From contig CM120646.1 in assembly GCA_051362555.1 (NCBI GenBank), positions 20,212,001 to 20,276,000 on the forward strand: a stretch of DNA of 64,000 bases. Reading direction: 5' to 3'. This stretch comes from Lingula anatina (taxonomy: Eukaryota; Animalia; Brachiopoda). How positions within the stretch are numbered: the stretch's first letter is position 1; every line of letters begins with the position of its first letter. The translations under genes and the position numbers were made by a program. Under the pieces are notes generated by a model that saw nothing but the letters and a program-made list of their open reading frames with translations, was not told the origin of the DNA and made no database searches. Shown in pieces: positions 1-13,401 of this stretch.

Positions 1-44
1 AAGTCTACGCTGGTGAGAGAAACATTCAGATGGCCAGATCTTAA
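1..44 (+). CDS. Terminal coding exon of an upstream paralog of the chitin-binding/LamG (Pif/LamG3-like) gene; partial
   Basis: Reads (K)VYAGERNIQMARS*, nearly identical to the last exons ending at 5164 and 13401. It is followed by a homologous 3'UTR with AATAAA at 385-390. Confidence 0.9.
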   Translation, partial: VYAGERNIQMARS

Positions 45-1210
45 ATCAAGGTCATTTGATTATCATTGATGATCACCACGGTTAACGACAAAAAGGTGAA
101 GCTTATTGACGTGGAAATCTAATGAAACGGATTTTGGTCACGATTTCGATAAGTTCCCCCTAATGCATGTAATAGGAATCGAACAATGCCACAGTTCGTT
201 GAATGTCATGGTGACAAGATGTTCATGTAACTGTTTATTCAGTGCAGTATTTTTATACCTAGGCTAGTAATCTGTGTTCATTGTTGTATTTTATTACACA
301 CGTTATCAGTGTAGTTAAAACTACCTAGAACTTCTCCCATTTATGAAATATTCATATTTATTATTCTACTGAATCCCGTATTAGAATAAAGACTGCTTCT
401 AGCAAATCTATTAAACCTCTTTGTTTGTTCGTTTTTCAAAATCACTGGGAATCTCACGCAAGGATGATAAGAATATGAATGTATTTGAATTTTGTGCGTA
501 ATATTATATACAGCTGTCAGTTATCACTCACGTTATTGTCACTTACAGAATTTACACTGAAACCAGGTTTCGGGCTCATCCCCTCAACTTACCCTGAAAT
601 ATTTAGAATATTTTAAGTACTGGAAGTGGTGATGTTAAAATTGTGAGCGCATGGGGTATAAGTGATCCCGCCTTGGGTCCTTTTCATATCGTGGGGTGTA
701 CCTAGAACCCTATCTGCGTCGCCATCTTTTGAAAGGTTATCAACATTTGAAACAGCAAGGCATAAACTTGAAAGGGTCTGTAGCACAGATATCAAATCTA
801 TGCGTATGTGCAGAGAGCGCGTTCTTAAGAATGAAAATATGAGGAAATTGACAAAGCCTTTCAGTATTGGTTGTTCCAGATTAAAAAATCTTTAAATATA
901 AATGTAATAAGCATACTATAAAGAAAATCTATGCTGTCTGACCTTCAAATAACCTTAAAATGGATATTTTGTTGAAATTATTTCAAGCCTCCAAAAATCG
1001 TCTGCTTGACCTACATGTAGATTCGCAACAAGCCTCAAAGATTCGAAGCCTGTGCTAGCTTCTGCTAAAACACAGATCATATAATCGATAATCATTTTAA
1101 AAAGTAATAAAAAAGTGATCCCCGGCGCTAAAACAAAAATCGCATAAAGCCTATTTTACAAGTACTCGCCACCCACAGCCAAAAGGTGAGCTTACCAAGG
1201 ATTTCGAAAG

Positions 1211-1421
1211 GAAATGTATTGAGGAAAGAAATGGCGTAGATTATTGCCAGAACACGGACGACTGGGCAAGTGCGACTTGTTTGATGACCTTAACACCAGG
1301 GTTCACGTGAGGTAGTGTGCCGAAGGTACCCTCTTCGATGGTGACATCGTTACCTGTGTCCCCTGTGAGGTCGCTCCCTGCCCAGGCAGCAAGGTACCAC
1401 ACCTACGGTGCCCATAAAGGA
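1211..1421 (+). pseudogene. Degenerate orphan copy of the chitin-binding-domain exon
   Basis: Aligns to exon 2871-3119 (KCIEERNGV...CAEGTLFD..IVTCVPCEV..CPGSKVPH). It has a 10-nt deletion (ttacctccag), TAG/TAA at aligned codons, and a retained gtgagt donor. Confidence 0.85.
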
Positions 1422-1762
1422 GTGAGTTAGTTAATGAATATCATCTTATTCCGAGAACCATGTGTGCTGATTTGTGTTTTTATTCAAAATTTAATGAAAT
1501 GGAAAGTGATATAAAACGCAAGATTATTCATCTTTCCAGGCTGATAGAATATACATGTAGTAGTATAACAACAACGACCTTTGTTAAACATCATCTTAAA
1601 TTTGCTTGGGGAGGTCACTGATTAAAAAACAAGTCTGTGGGTGGTATTGCCTTACATTTCAGAAGGAAATGAATATTTATTTTTTTATTGGGAAAAAATT
1701 GGAAGAAAACGACCAAAACTTACATTATGCAAATATAAATGATTTTCTGATATAAAGCAGCC

Positions 1763-1963
1763 TTTTCAGTAACCACAACGTCCAGCCGTGCCCATACAGT
1801 AAACAATCATCTCTTCATAAGGTAGTGCAATACTTCACGTAATTTTGACATCTGTGACGGCCATCTATGAGAGCATTGTTTTAAGGGGAGCATAAAAACC
1901 CATGCGCCGCTCCAAACGGGTATCTTTTCAGCCGATAACGCAGACAGATCATCCACAGACCAG
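1763..1963 (+). promoter_or_regulatory. Putative core promoter plus short non-coding exon 1 of Pif/LamG3-like copy A
   Basis: Block conserved with 9620-9823 while the flanks diverge. TATA-like CATAAAAA at 1891 and donor CAG|GTGAG at 1963/1964. The ATG exon has its own acceptor at 2345-2346, which requires an upstream exon. Confidence 0.65.
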
Positions 1964-2353
1964 GTGAGCATTACAAATTCTCGTTGCAAAAAAAGTCACT
2001 TTACCCTTTGTTAAGGGTAAAGTAAAGTATATTGAATTTAGCATAAAGAAAGGGTCTTAAATGTTTTCAAAAAAAAAAAAAAAATGTTCAATTGCATTAA
2101 AATATCTCTTAGAATTTGAAGTCCGTTTCTGTGTACAAATAAAGATGATGTAAAGTGGTATACCAACGCCAAGAGAAAGGACCCCCCTCCCCAGAGATAA
2201 CGAACCAGAACAGTACGGTTATTGATTGCTGTCTGAACACGATGCCATATTGATTTGGAAGAAGGGATGTTTCTCTTGTCGAATCAAATTTCGATGAGAA
2301 ATGTTTAAGGTCGGCGAACCATTATTTTTTATCTTTGAACTTTTAGGTCTGAC

Positions 2354-5164
2354 ATGCTTCGCCTTATTCTTCTCGCCTTGGTGGGCACTGCCCTCGTCTC
2401 AGCCTACAAAGGTAAGTTGATTTCACTCATTTTTTCAAGGTCGGATTATACTTAATGACAAAATTCATTTGGTCTTGTAATAAAGATATTTTACCATTAC
2501 CGTAGCTGGTTGCGGGTATCTAGGAATTGGATTCAAAACTCTCCTTGGGGCCGAGAAGGCAAATTTTGAAACAATGCTCATTTTTGGTGTAATAATAAGG
2601 GGGCCTGCTCCAAACTTCAGTGCAAGCTTAATTTTCCCTATTTGGGAAGCCAGGATGACCCGTGCTTTTTCTGCACTTTGCCATTATGATAGAGTTTTGC
2701 AGGATTCGTTTAAGAAGTTTCAGGTGAAGACGTATATTATGAATCACTTATCCAAAGAAAAAAGTTGCTAAGCGTTTTCATTACTTATTCATATAAAAAG
2801 TTAAATTTAACTGATATATACAGTTGGAAACTTGGTGCTTAAGGGAATTTTCGATATATTCGTTAAACAGTACCACCTGAATTGAAGGCCTTCTGCAAGA
2901 AGTGTATTGAGGAGAGAAATGGCGTAGGCTACTACGAAAACCCGGACGACTGCGCAAGTTACCTCCAGTGCGACTTGGATGATGACCTAATTACAAGGGC
3001 TCATGTTAGGGAATGCGCTGAAGGTACCCTCTTCGATCGTGACATCGTTACCTGCGTTCCATGTGAGGTCGCCACCTGCCCAGGCAGCAAGGTGCCACAC
3101 CCACAGTGCCCACCAAGAAGTGAGTCAATTAATATCATCACATTCCGAGAACAACGTGTGTGAATTTATTTCTAATAAATTCACAAAGGAAAAGAATATT
3201 TTTGTATCGTGTCAGAAGGGGATGAAAACGATATTAGCCAAATGTGCACACGTGCTTTGGCAATTTCATTTTTTATAGTTTTGATTTTTCCAGAAATCGG
3301 ATTGATTTTACCTTTTTGTCATTTTCCTCAGCCGCCCCACCAACCACCACCCTCGCCTACACCACCCTTCCCCAGTTTGACGGCAAATGTGACGGCCCTG
3401 ACGGATGGACCTACTTGGCCGTGTGGGGTGATGTCAACACCTTCTACAGATCCCAAACCCTTGGTGACGATACCAGAATCGAGCGTGTCAGCTGCGGACA
3501 GTGGGAGTTCAACGTCCAAAAATGCATGTGTATGGTTCCGGGTATGTTGACAAAGAGTTTTCAACACAGAATGGAGCTATGTGATTTAGAAAAAGAAGCT
3601 TAAATCATCAAAGCACCATTATTTCGTATATACATTCGTAATAGTATGGAATGATTCAAACAATAAAATCATAGTTTTATTAAAATATCTGATTTGAAAA
3701 TCACTCAAATTACTTTTACATTTCTTACAGATCTTCAGGCTATCGCCCTGTGGCCTTTCGATGAGAACACCGACACCATCGTCGATAACTTTTGGACAGA
3801 CTGCGCTGGTGTAGAGCTTTCTGACGGTAAAGTCGGCTACGCTGCTAGCTTCAATGGCTCCGTCCACTGCGAGGTCCCACGTTTCAACAACTACCCATGG
3901 GGCTCTGGCCTCACCATCTCTTTATGGGTCAGGGACGATGGCGGAAATAAAGCACGTGAAGGTGTTCTTAGCAACGGCAACTGCCATATCGAGCCAACCA
4001 TCTCCATTTGGTCTGAGGGCGGTCGTCTTGGAGGCCGAGTCCTGGTTGACAACAACGGTACTCTCCTCACCGTCGACCTTGGCTCAAGTGTAAGTGTTGA
4101 AAATATTTTAAAACGTGCTTAAAAACATAAATGTGAATACTTTTTGTCATAAAATGGGATACGTTTCACCGATACAGAGTTGAATAGTAATTAAATATGA
4201 ATTTTCTACGTGCAGGGTGGCAGCGGATGGAACCACGTGGCTTTGGTCTACGATGGTCTCAGACTGAGGCTGTTGGTCAACGAACAAGTTGTCGTGGATG
4301 AGATCGCTGTTGGTATGTACTTCTATTACCAATTTTTATACGCATGCGCACTGTGGTATCCAATTTTTCGGCACTGAAAAACATGATAACTTTCACCCCC
4401 TAGCTATATACTGTTGATATCTAAGCTCTAAAACGTAGATAAATATTTAAACAGTTTGCACACCTACCTTTTAAATTTGGGATGTATTTAAAGGGGATTT
4501 TAACCGTAACTGTTTTGCTTCGTTATTATTCAACCACTTCTATTGGATAACACCCATCCATGTAAGCGTAAGTGCGGCACATTTGTTTTTGGTGGGGAAA
4601 CGAAATTAAATTTCATTATGAAGTTTGTGGAAATATCCCGTTCAATTACAATGATTTTACATCCACCTTTTTATTATTTTCCCCTCAGGTGCTATCCCAG
4701 CTACCCTTGCTCCACTGTACTTGGGCAGAGACTTGAACTGCGAGGCCGTTGATGCTCGTTACAGCAACACCAACCTTGTCGGAGCCATTGATGAGGTAGT
4801 TATTTATCTACCAATTTTGAAATTCCAATCTGGAATTTGTTTCTGTGTTATTCATTAGATTCGTAGTCCAAAAACTTTTGAGAATAACTCCTTTTAATTA
4901 AATATAACATTATAAGATTAAGACGTACTGGAAAGATTTATTTGTTTAAAAAGTCACTGAAAGATATATGTTTTAGTCAATTTCTGTGGCATAAATTCGT
5001 AAAATCACTATCACTGAGAAACAGGTTTTAACCTTTAAAAAGGTACTCGGGATCATTGGTCTTTTCTTGCGTTTCAGGTCCAGATCTACGACTGGGCTCT
5101 TAGTGACGCCCAGGTGTGGAAAGTCTTCGCTGGTGAGAGAAACATTCAGATGGCCAGATCTTAA
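2354..5164 (+). CDS. Secreted chitin-binding type-2 + laminin-G/ConA-like domain protein (Pif/BMSP/LamG3-like matrix protein), copy A, 388 aa
   Basis: Exons 2354-2411, 2871-3119, 3332-3541, 3731-4089, 4216-4312, 4689-4795, 5078-5164; all GT-AG, 1167 nt in frame. Order: signal peptide MLRLILLALVGTALVSA; peritrophin-A-type domain (GYYENPDDCASYLQC...CAEGTLFD...C); PPTTT linker; degenerate second CBD; LamG3/pentraxin-like domain (WPFDE...TISLWV...WNHVALVYDG..LRLLVN...GAIDEVQIYDWALS). Confidence 0.9.
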
Positions 5165-5354
5165 ATCAAGGTCATTTGATTATCACTGATGATCACCACG
5201 GTTAACGACAAAGGGGTCAAATTATTGACGCGAAAATCTAAGGAAACGGGTTTTGTTCTTGATTTTGATGATTCCCCCCAACGCAAGTTATGGACATCGA
5301 AACAATGCCACAGTTAATTAAATGCCAAGGTGACTCGATGTTCTACTAACTGTT

Positions 5355-6119
5355 CAGAGGGGGTTGAACTCCTAAGACCAAAGTACTTTGAGTTCATTGA
5401 TAACACTGACATTTTGTCTCTTTCATACACTTTGCTTATAGGGATATCAACTCTTACTGTGTGATTAAAAATTACAGAATTAATACATTGTGACCAACGC
5501 ATAGAAATAAAATAAATTCCATTTTATCGCCAAAATGGCGGTTATCACAAATCTTCTGAAATCTGCCCTTGCTCTCAGACCATGTGGACCTAATAAACTG
5601 ACTCCCTCCTAAATGAATAGTTGTCACCCCTTCATAAAAACATGTGAACCAAGTAACCACACACAATGGCTCCCCGTTTCTCAAATGTGCCCATAAAATA
5701 TAAAACAGGTACTGAGCTTAATAATGGCACAATTTGGTGAGCTTTTCGATGCATAGGGGAGACCGGAGCTAGTTGAACCCCGAGGTAAGTTGGCCCCCCA
5801 TCAATTTATGACAAAGTAACTATGGTGTAAAAGAATTGATCACATCATTTTGTAAAGTGACCGTATCCAACAGTGTTAAGAAAGCGTCGGCAGTGAGTCC
5901 AAATGAAATAATTTAGCATCTTAAAGTAACTTTATTATAGAGACTTGATGGAGAGCCAACTTACCCCGGGGTCCAACTAGCCCCGGTCTCCCCTACTTAA
6001 ATCGACCGAATCTGCACATCATGGACAAAAAAGCCTACATGTGTAGCTCCTCAGTTCACATATTATTTTAGGTGTACTGTGTGTGAAGTACTTCTGACTT
6101 GGGAGTTGATTTCCTTCTG
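5355..6119. mobile_element. Non-autonomous DNA transposon inserted in the 3'UTR of copy A
   Basis: Imperfect ~34-bp TIRs (cagagggggttgaactcctaagacc.../...gacttgggagttgatttccttctg). The paralogous UTRs at ~230 and ~13585 show the empty site aactgtttattc, implying a TT duplication. Confidence 0.75.
5756..5993. mobile_element. TA-flanked MITE nested in the 5355-6119 element
   Basis: ~45-bp TIRs GGGGAGACCGGAGCTAGTTG...GGTAAGTTGG / CCAACTTACC...CAACTAGCCCCGGTCTCCCC, with TA on both sides. Confidence 0.8.
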
Positions 6120-6271
6120 TTTATTCAGTGCAGAATTTTTTATACCCTGGCTATTAATCTGTGTTCATAGAAATGTAGTTGTATTTTATTCCTCACGCAA
6201 TCAGCGTAGTTAAAGAAATACTCTCATTTATCAAATGTTCATATTTATTGTAATACTGCATTCCGTGTCAG

Positions 6272-6277
6272 AATAAA
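6272..6277 (+). terminator. Polyadenylation signal of copy A
   Basis: AATAAA at the position homologous to 385-390 and 13739-13744 in the conserved 3'UTR. Confidence 0.65.
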
Positions 6278-9200
6278 GACTACTTCTAGCAAATCTGCTT
6301 GGTCTCTTTGTTAGCTTGTGTACCAGTTATTCAAAATTACCACAAAAACCCATACAAGGATGAGCTGATATTTGAATATTGTACGTAAGATTTCTAACAT
6401 CAGCAGCTGCCATAAACTGAATTGTCACTTTAAGGCATGGGTGCGAATTACGTAATTCACATTAAAATAAGGTTTTAGATTCACACCCTCGACTTACCCA
6501 TTCCATAATATCCAGAAAACTCATAGTAGGTCTACCGGAAGTGATGATGCAAACCGGAAGTGATGATGCATACACTGTGCAATAGTTTATACCAAGGAGG
6601 TACATCCTTGTTTATACTAAGGAATCTATCATAGCAACGTTTTGAAAGGTTAATATCATTTAAACTAGCAATTATTAATTAAGAGACGTATTCTCTAAAG
6701 GTTGTCAGTTAGGTTTTCATGTAACTTTTCGCGTAAGTCCGATTGTTCTTTGAAAATTGACATTTTGTTTTAGCGGCCCAGTTTTCAATTTAAAGAAAGA
6801 TTGATACTTTGAAATAATGTGACTTTATCATTTGTAGAATGAATAGGTCAAATAATTGAACTTTCCAAAGATATAAGACATTTGAATTGTTTTCCGAGAT
6901 AGTCAGTTGTTGTCATTGACTATCAAAAGATTTTTTTGTTTGAATAAGCATTTTATCCACGCCAAACACGCGATTGGAAGACATGTATGTTCAAATGTGT
7001 GTTCATCACTTCCGGAAAGTTAAGTGAAAATTTGGAAACCTTCGTTTAGTCAAGAGTTACAAGAGCGTCGAGAATTCTGAGTAAGTTCAAAGTTACAAAC
7101 TTACATAAATGTTAACAGATCGCTGCAAATCACAACAGTTCGAGTACCCCGGCTATTGCGTAGGAGAGTCATCTCCCCTCCCCCACACCGGGCTCGACAC
7201 AGCCAGTTTACCCGATTTTAAAAGGTTGCAAGCAAACCTGTGACAGGGAACAGTAGCTTACAGAGGCAATTGCATGTCAGGGCCAACCAAAAGTCTGATT
7301 AATATTTTAAATGGACATTGTTGACATGCAGTTGTGTGGAGGGGTAAAACGGAAATGTCTATCAAAGGCTACTTTATGGGGCGTTTTGTGCATATTATGC
7401 ACACCCTAAGCATTTAACATTTTATTGAGTATAACCGCTTATATTCCAGATACTCGACGCAACGACCTTTGCATTTCCAACCAGTCATTCAATACAAAAT
7501 CATACTATTATGTGAAAGAAGAGCTTGAGAAAAAAAGCGTTTTCACAGCCGAGTAAGCTAAGACAAGGGTGCTGCGTATATATTGCGTGCTGCTCCTTAT
7601 CAGTGAATACACCAAGGAACCGCTCTCCGCAGTCATTGAGACACTTTTTCCTGTTTGTGTTATAAAGTCTAAAATGCAATAAAGCAACGGACTGAGATTT
7701 TTCCTTCTGAATCACACTCATTGGTATTTACTTATTTTACTTTGACACAACCTCGACTCGACATTGTTCCAGATGTATTTGAAACCTACATGTGCGAGAT
7801 GCGTTGTGAGACACCGTCCTGTTCACACCAAGAGGATATACTTCGTACCCACAAGGTGTGCTAGTAGCCTGTTACAAAATTATTGTATCGTGCCCTGTGG
7901 AATTTCACGTAATCAGCGGGAATGCGCGTTCCTCGCCAGACATTCCCTTTGTTGGCGACTTCACACTGGGAAGCTGAGTTGCGCACATTTCTGTTCATGT
8001 TCCTGTCTAATGAAAGTTAAGTATACTGGATACAGGATGCAACAACCATTGGAGGTGTAAAGGAGAAGGAGGGACGCCAGTTCACAGCAGGATGTGACGT
8101 CATTCAGAAGTTTAATATATAGTACACTTTCAAGCCGCATCAACATTCACGTCTAGCCTCGAAATCTCAACAACAGCCCCCCAAATCACGATTTTACCCG
8201 AAAACCATGACACTGAAACCCGCCATGCAGCTTAATGTGACATTCTGTCATGAAATGTAGGATAGAAACGTCACCAGCGTGAACGTTTAGAAAACAATGA
8301 AATGTTGACAACTCTTGAGCGATCAAATTGTGAAAGAGATGTTGAGTGTTTCAAGGTCTTCCTTGGCTCGTTGCAAATGAAAGTAAATCAACATTTGCAT
8401 GGACACCAATACCAACTGAAAAATAAAAATAAAGTTAATGGAAAATCAAAAATAAACAAATAAAAAGATCAGATGAAATAAAGACCTGAATAGCAATTAA
8501 TAAACGAATAAATAAATATATATGAATAAACGGATAAAATGTAATTAAACAAAAGTAAAGAAAATCAATAAAAAGAAAAAGAGGTAGAAATACAGTGAAA
8601 TACGATATATAAGTTTTGTCTTTAACACTGTAAATGTTTGACTGGGCCCAATAACGGTTTGTTTAAAAAACAATTACAAGGGAAACGGCGTGCCTTTGGA
8701 CATTAGCATCGGTCAACAAAAAAGGGGTCAGTAAGATATGAGACAATGAGTGTCCAGTAGACTGACCGCCTGATGAATTGTCTACATGCACTTATGGTTT
8801 ATTGAGCGTGGAGGGTACATCTTTATACACGTTAATTGTTAGCGTCTCTCAGGCACGAAGAATGACATTTCCTTTAATGAACACGTATGTCATATGGGAA
8901 GCAAGACTTGGCAGCCTTTGCTCATTAAATTGGTATTTAGTTAATTTTAACCACTGGACTGCAAAAGTGTTGAAAGTATGGTCCAATCCACCATGTACCT
9001 CTTTCGTAATATCCCCCCAATAACCAATGAAAAACAGATCATTTCCACTGAAACGAGAAACAGAATACCAAATACACTATTGGCCTAAATCTCATACATA
9101 TTAAATACGGATGGGTGTGTCAAAAAGGCTTTCAATTTGGAACAGTTGTCGTGAAGGGGAACACACTGTGGAATGATCATTCGACCGCTGCAATGGTTGA

Positions 9201-9619
9201 ATCCACAGCCCATGGTCCAACGTAGTAAGTCGTGAGTACCCGGGCGGGTAATTGCTTTCCTATTCAAATGCAAATTTGGCGATCAAATGATCAAATGTAC
9301 TGGTCAGTGGGCACAGAGTGAACAGTTGGACCAATTAATACCTTGTACATGGGTCATTTGCTAATGGGCAGAGGTCACCGTCAACTATTTTTTAGCATAT
9401 CCACGCGTCCTGTTTACTCGTTGACCAGATAATCGCTCTTAATGACGTAGACACAGGTCCACTGTTGCTTAGCCGACTTTTTGAAGCGCTCCGCATCCGG
9501 AGCCAAAAAAACGCACTTTTATTGATTCAGCTCGGATTGACATCTAGCCACCTGTTTATTCATAATAGCTCATATCGTACTTTATATAGATTGAAATGGT
9601 GGTCTGGTTTAAACTACTG

Positions 9620-9823
9620 TTTTCAGTGACCACGTCGTCCAGCCGTGCACAACAACAGAAAACAATGATCGTTTCATTAAACTTGTGTAACGCTTGACAT
9701 ACGGCTGACATCTCAGACGGCCATCTATGAGAGCATTGTTTTAAGGGGAGCATAAAAACCCATGCGCCGCTCCAGACAGGTATCTTTCCAGCCGATAACG
9801 CAGACAGATCACCCACAGACCAG
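9620..9823 (+). promoter_or_regulatory. Putative core promoter plus non-coding exon 1 of Pif/LamG3-like copy B
   Basis: Near-identical to 1763-1963. CATAAAAA at 9751 and donor CAG|GTGAG at 9823/9824. Confidence 0.65.
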
Positions 9824-10267
9824 GTGAGCATTGGATATTCTTGAAGAGAGACAGTTTTATTGAATTTTTGTGTCTCCTTCGCAAGCGGGATGGACAACGC
9901 TGTATGCGAGCTAACTTTAAACCGTTTGCGTCTTCCTTAAACGAGACAAAAAGGCATAAGTTAGGATTGAAGGGCGGTTCCGCTATGAAATAAGGGCTTG
10001 TTTTCTTTGAAAGAAAATTGATTGCGTTACTGACGAATTGCACGGATCACGTTGACAAAAAATTTGTTAATCAACAAACATTCAGCGAAACCCAACCAAG
10101 GGCGGTTTCTAACGTTTTATGCTTGAAATAGTCTACTCTTTTCAAATTTAGGAGGCCAACCAATGGGGTATTTCCAGTTCCCAGTTCAATGAGAAATGTA
10201 AATTCTCTTTAAATGAGTCAAAGTTCGGGGAAGCATTATTAATTATGTTTTATCTTCTAGGTCCGAC

Positions 10268-12891
10268 ATGCTTCGCCTTGTTCTCCTCGCATTGGTGGGC
10301 ACTGCCCTCGCCGAAGAATACTATGGTAAGGAGATTTCACTTATCTTATAACTATATATGACAGTATAACTCATAAGGATGGATGGTGGTTTACTGTGCT
10401 GGTTTCACAGTGTTGTACTAAACATATTATTGGTTTTTACTCTGGCAGATCCAGAATAGGTTCAAGTAAATTACTCTTAGCACCGTAAAGGATTTTAAAA
10501 GTCTTGTGCACGTCTAAGCATGTGACAGTATGTACCCTAAAAGTTGTTTGTTCAGACACCAGAGAAAGTTCATTATTTCCCGTTTCAATATTTGTCCTTT
10601 TGCCACAGTACAATAAGGTGCTTGCTGGATCTTCAAAGTGTGGTCTTAATGCCAAAACTTATTTTACCAAAAGAAGAGTTGACACAGCGTCTTCATTCAT
10701 GAAAAACGATTCATATATTCCCTGTTAGTTTTATTCGTTTATAGTTTTAATCTACAGTAGTCAAGTTTGAGTTTCTATAGAAATTCTCAATTTATATGCA
10801 AAACATTCACAGCTCCAAAACACCACAACTTCTGCAAGAAGTGCATCGAAGAGAGAAATGGCGTAGGCTACTACGAGAACCCAGATGATTGCGGGAGCTA
10901 CCTCCAGTGCGACTTGGATGAGGCCCTTAACATCAAGGTTCACGTGAAGGACTGTGCCGAAGGTACCCTCTTCGACCGTTCCATCGTTACCTGTGTCCCA
11001 TGTGAGGTCGCCACCTGCCCAGGCAGCAGGGCCCCACACCCACAGTGCCCACCAAGAAGTGAGTCAATCAGAGATTTAAATTATTTTGAGAATATCATGT
11101 GCCTATTTGATTTCTTATAATGTTGAAAAGCTTTACTGTGAGAGACAGAAAATGAGAGAGAGAGAGGATAGGAGAGTTTGGTACTGCGAAAAAGAGGATA
11201 AAACTGATGTAAGCTAAGTATGTACACGCAATTTGGCACTTTGAGTTTTATTGTCATGATTTTCACGCAGACCGTTTTTTAACTTCCCCCCTTTTTTTGC
11301 AGCTCCACCACCAACCACCACTGAAGGCCACACCACCCTTCCCCAGTTTGACGGCAAATGTGCCGGTCCTGACGGATGGACCTACTTGGCCGTTTGGGGT
11401 GATGCCAACACCTTCTACAGATCCCAGACCCTTGGTGACGATACCAGAATCGAGCGTGTGAGCTGCGGACACTGGGAGTTCAGCGTCCAAAAATGCATGT
11501 GCATGGTTCCAGGTACGTTGACAAAGAGTTTTCAACACAGAATCGCCTTTAACTATGACAATGCAATAAACAAATGAATTATCAAATATTAGTATTTTTT
11601 ACCTCCGTAAACATAGTGATGAGAGATACAATAACCAGCGTACTGTTTTATTCAAAATAGTTCATTTGAGAAGCATTTAAACAGCTTATAAACTCTTACA
11701 GATCTCCAGGCTATCGCTTTGTGGCCTTTCGATGAACACACCGACACCATCGTCGATAATTTCTGGACAGATGCCGCCGGTGTTGAACTGACTGCCGGTA
11801 AGGTCGGTAACGCTGCTCACTTCAACGGCACCGTCCACGTCGAAGTCCCACGTTTCAACAACTACCCATGGGGCTCTGGCCTCACCATCTCTTTCTGGTA
11901 CAAGAGCGATGGCGGCTTCAACACCCGCGAGGGACTCCTCAGCAACGGCAACTGCGCCATCGAGCCAACCATCTCCTTGTGGGCTGAGGGCGGACATCTT
12001 GGTGGCCGTGTCCTGGTCAACAACAACGGCACCCTCCTCACCGTCGATCTCAGCGCAACCGTAAGTGTTGATGATATTCGTTCAAAGTTAGATATATATT
12101 GCAATGACATTCTCAAGTTATAATTATTTCATGTTGTTCTAATACAAACGTACATGTACATGTATAGCGCATTTTTATTTCACCTACAACTCTTGCATAA
12201 TTTTATATTTTATTCAATTTATAAATCAATATAAAAAAATGTTCTCCCTGTAGGGCACCAGCGGCTGGAACCACGTTGCCTTGACCTACGATGGTCTCAG
12301 ACTGAAGGCGATGGTCAACGAGCAGGTCGTCCTTGATGAAATTGCTGTTGGTATGTACTCTTCTTTTACCAGTTCTAACACGCATGCGCACTGAACATTG
12401 CGTGGTTGTTTTTTTTTCTGTATTGAAAAATACCACAAACATTCTTGATTCCTGTGATCTGAAAATGAATGATTATAGTTTTCACAATTTGCAATATTTT
12501 TTTTAATTTTGAATTAGGTATTTAAATGTTTAACATATTATACTTTTACCGTTACTGTTTGAATCTTCTTTGTTCATCCAATTAATGTATATTGAATGGT
12601 TTATAGCAGGCCAAAGCATTAGTGTCATTAGGGTACTAGGTGTTCAATTATAAAATTTCTTGATCTATTTTACAACCACCTTGTTTTTTTCCCCTCAGGT
12701 GCTATCCCAGCTACCCTTGCTCCACTGTACATGGGCAGAGACTTGAACTGCGAGGCCGTCGATCCACGTTTCAGCAACACCAACTTCGTTGGATCCCTCG
12801 ATGAGGTAGGCCTACTTATTTATCTGGCTTAACACGAAACGCGTATTCGGTTTTATGATTTGAATCACATTCATATCCGAGAATGATGGTT

Positions 12892-12928
<37 letters not shown>

Positions 12929-13401
12929 ATACTTTAATCTATGTATTTATTACATAATTTGGGCTGCCCACTTGTGTATGCATTTAGCAAGAGTTGAAGT
13001 TTAAATCATTTAGTCACCTGTTTGCTTGGGTTGATCGACTGATGTGCATTTTCACTTTACCTATGTATCATGTACGTGACGTTATTTGTATATGACGTCA
13101 TTTGTATTTGATATTGCCTTATGAAAATGAGGCAAATTTCAAAAATGAAATTGTTAAAAATAGTGATACGGGGCTGTGGAGAAAATGACCGTATAAAATT
13201 ACTCAGTTGTGTGTGGTAGTCATGTGACATTAATTTTGAAATATCATTATTATTGTGATTAGTGACAAAGAGGGGAAAGCTGTTGAATAACTTCCGTCTT
13301 TTCTTGCTTTTCAGGTCCAGATCTACGACTGGGCTCTTAGCGACGCTCAGCTGTGGAAGGTCTTCGCCGGTGAGAGAAACATCATGATGGCCAGATCTTA
13401 A
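10268..13401 (+). CDS. Secreted chitin-binding type-2 + laminin-G/ConA-like domain protein (Pif/LamG3-like), copy B, 387 aa
   Basis: Exons 10268-10325, 10813-11058, 11303-11512, 11702-12060, 12254-12350, 12699-12805, 13315-13401 (1164 nt). Same intron positions, phases and domains as copy A. Confidence 0.9.
12890..12926. repeat. (TTTC)n microsatellite
   Basis: Read directly from the sequence. Confidence 0.9.

Noticed and set aside
6600-9600. Intergenic region between copies A and B with short ORFs and possible repeat fragments
   Set aside because: I could not establish TIR pairs, TSDs or protein motifs by eye, so it is left unannotated.
1807-9897. Similar minus-strand ORFs at 1807-1989 and 9556-9897 (MLTWSV.DLSALSA.KIPVWSGAW)
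   Set aside because: They are antisense translations of the duplicated promoter/exon-1 block and have no coding hallmarks.
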